A DNA stretch of 64,000 nucleotides from a virus. A model generated the notes under the pieces. It saw nothing but the letters and a program-made list of their open reading frames with translations, was not told where the DNA came from and did not search any database. The translations under genes were made by a program, and so were the position numbers. This document shows, piece by piece, positions 62,598-64,000 of this stretch (positions are counted from its first letter, which is position 1; each line of letters opens with the position of its first letter). Location: positions 64,001 through 128,000 of IMG/VR virus record IMGVR_UViG_3300009104_000002; one strand, 5' to 3'.

Positions 62598-64000
62598 TTA
62601 TCTGAATCTCCGAATTTTCTAATTCTACAATTAAATCACGAATTTCTGATTTAGCCTCGAATAGCAATGTTTCCTCGCTATTATAAGTAGGCTCTCCAAC
62701 TTCGTAAATACCCCTAGAAAGACCCATTAAATCGGACATTCCTGGGGTAATATCTTTTTGTTTTGGTATGGCCATGGCTGAATAATTGTGTTGACGGCCG
62801 GTGCGGCTGTCTCCGCCTCTAAATTTTTTAGAAACGTATTTCTTTCCCTTAGCTTTCTTGGAGAGAGATCTTTTTGTGTGTTTTCTTGAGCGATCATCTC
62901 TTTTTGCCGGAGCTGCCAAGAGGGCACCTTCGTCATCGTCGCCGGGACCCTCTCCTCCGAGATCCTCTCCACCGAGATCCTCTCCACCGAGATCAAAATC
63001 ATCTCCACCCATATCATCACCCAAATCTCCCATTTCATCAGAACCGAGTCCGAGGTCCCCACCCAAACTGGCGGCGGCCTGTTCGCCGGCGGATTCGGCG
63101 GCTGCATTCAATTCTGCCTCATACGTTCTGTCGTGAAACATTTCTCTTTGATTTCTGACAAATTCCTCTTCCGATAAATTAAAAATATTTTGAGCAATCC
63201 AGCGACGGCTAAAGAAATTCTCCGTTGCACCCCCCGCAATATCAAATTTAATTTTCCAGTGCTCTAATTCCTGCATTTCTGCTATCTTGGAGGGATTATT
63301 TAGCTTCAACCTGAAACCAACAAGATCGTCACCCCTGAAACCAAGCGTATAGAGGTGGACAATTCCTATTTTTTCAAGTTCTGCGATAACGGCGCGCTGC
63401 AACCTCTGGATTGTCCGTGCAAATCTTACGTCTTTTTGTGCTAAAGTTGTTTTATCCTCGTTAGCTCCCCCCTCCGAATCACTTGAGAGGTATGCGGACG
63501 GAATTTTCAGTGCAGCAAAGAGTTTATCTCTAAGATATTTAACATCATCAATGTCTCCAGTGAACTGTCCACCCTGCAATGTTTCGATTTTTGATGATTC
63601 ACCGCCGCGAACTGGAATGAAATAGTCCTCTTCTACCGAAAGCGGATTATAACGTAAGTCGACGCGGCCCGTATTGGCATCAACTACTTGATTTCTCTTC
63701 ATGGAAGTAATTGTTTTCTGGACAAAGGTTTCGACATCTTGCGGAGCGATGTTACCCACATCAATATAAAAAACGCGGCGCTCAGCAGAGCGAACGATGC
63801 GATAAGCCATCATTGCGTCTTCCATTAGTGTCAATTGTCTCCAAATTCTCCTTCCAGACTCAAGAACCGAAGTACCATACGGGGAGTATTTGTCATTTCC
63901 CAACACTCTAAAGTGAGCAATTTGCCAATTTTCAAAAGTCATACCGGCAGAATTCCACTGGTACTGGACATAATTGGGATTTGTTGGATCTTCTCCCTCC
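62569..64000 (-). CDS. portal protein (gp20-like); partial, starts beyond the right edge
   Basis: HFR...YGTSVLE..RRIWRQL.LMEDAMMAYRIVR..ERRVFYIDVGN...EDYFIPVRGG...LKIP; frame stays open to the window edge (EGEDPTNPNYVQYQWNSAG). Confidence 0.93.
   Translation of the reverse strand, partial: EGEDPTNPNYVQYQWNSAGMTFENWQIAHFRVLGNDKYSPYGTSVLESGRRIWRQLTLMEDAMMAYRIVRSAERRVFYIDVGNIAPQDVETFVQKTITSMKRNQVVDANTGRVDLRYNPLSVEEDYFIPVRGGESSKIETLQGGQFTGDIDDVKYLRDKLFAALKIPSAYLSSDSEGGANEDKTTLAQKDVRFARTIQRLQRAVIAELEKIGIVHLYTLGFRGDDLVGFRLKLNNPSKIAEMQELEHWKIKFDIAGGATENFFSRRWIAQNIFNLSEEEFVRNQREMFHDRTYEAELNAAAESAGEQAAASLGGDLGLGSDEMGDLGDDMGGDDFDLGGEDLGGEDLGGEGPGDDDEGALLAAPAKRDDRSRKHTKRSLSKKAKGKKYVSKKFRGGDSRTGRQHNYSAMAIPKQKDITPGMSDLMGLSRGIYEVGEPTYNSEETLLFEAKSEIRDLIVELENSEIQINEDETQQKA

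Noticed and set aside
322-63911. Many plus-strand ORFs in the track (for example 25355-26191, 278 aa; 3410-3916; 23831-24331; 34311-34817; 44624-45103)
   Set aside because: All lie antisense to well-supported minus-strand genes, lack SDs and family motifs, and are explained by codon bias of the sense gene
1-64000. Alternative genetic code (TAG or TGA recoding, seen in some jumbo phages)
   Set aside because: Conserved proteins are full-length in the standard code, and TAA, TAG and TGA all act as terminal stops with tight gene tiling
1-64000. tRNA, rRNA or CRISPR arrays
   Set aside because: Intergenic gaps are mostly under 120 bp and hold terminators or promoters; no cloverleaf or repeat-spacer pattern was seen

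Overview
This window is a 64-kb segment of a large (jumbo-type) myovirus genome with T4-like morphogenesis genes. Essentially every real gene lies on the minus strand and reads in the standard code. Reading from the right end: portal (partial), prohead protease, long fibre/spike genes, ribosomal protein bS21, scaffold, major capsid, neck/terminator genes (gp14-like gene duplicated) and a 7xLamG adhesin. These are followed by a complete YeaH/YhbH-SpoVR-PrkA operon, then sheath, tube, tail assembly chaperone with a probable programmed frameshift, tape measure and baseplate genes. The left part is a replication/metabolism block: PolA-type polymerase, tubulin/FtsZ-like protein, gp32-like SSB, FKBP PPIase, RecA/UvsX, J-domain protein, 5'-3' exonuclease, DnaB/gp41 helicase, class II RNR, GroES, putative head-internal proteins, an orphan DNA methyltransferase and DnaE (partial). 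Standout observations: (1) an intact, terminator-flanked, translationally coupled PrkA/YeaH/SpoVR AAA+/vWA system inside the virion-structural module behind a late-type motif; (2) a +1/-2 frameshift at C-TTT-TTT-T; (3) a divergent tubulin; (4) a host-like proteostasis kit; (5) a recurrent CTAWTTAT motif before structural genes. All family assignments come from motif recognition by eye, not database searches. No tRNA, rRNA, CRISPR array or transposase was seen.
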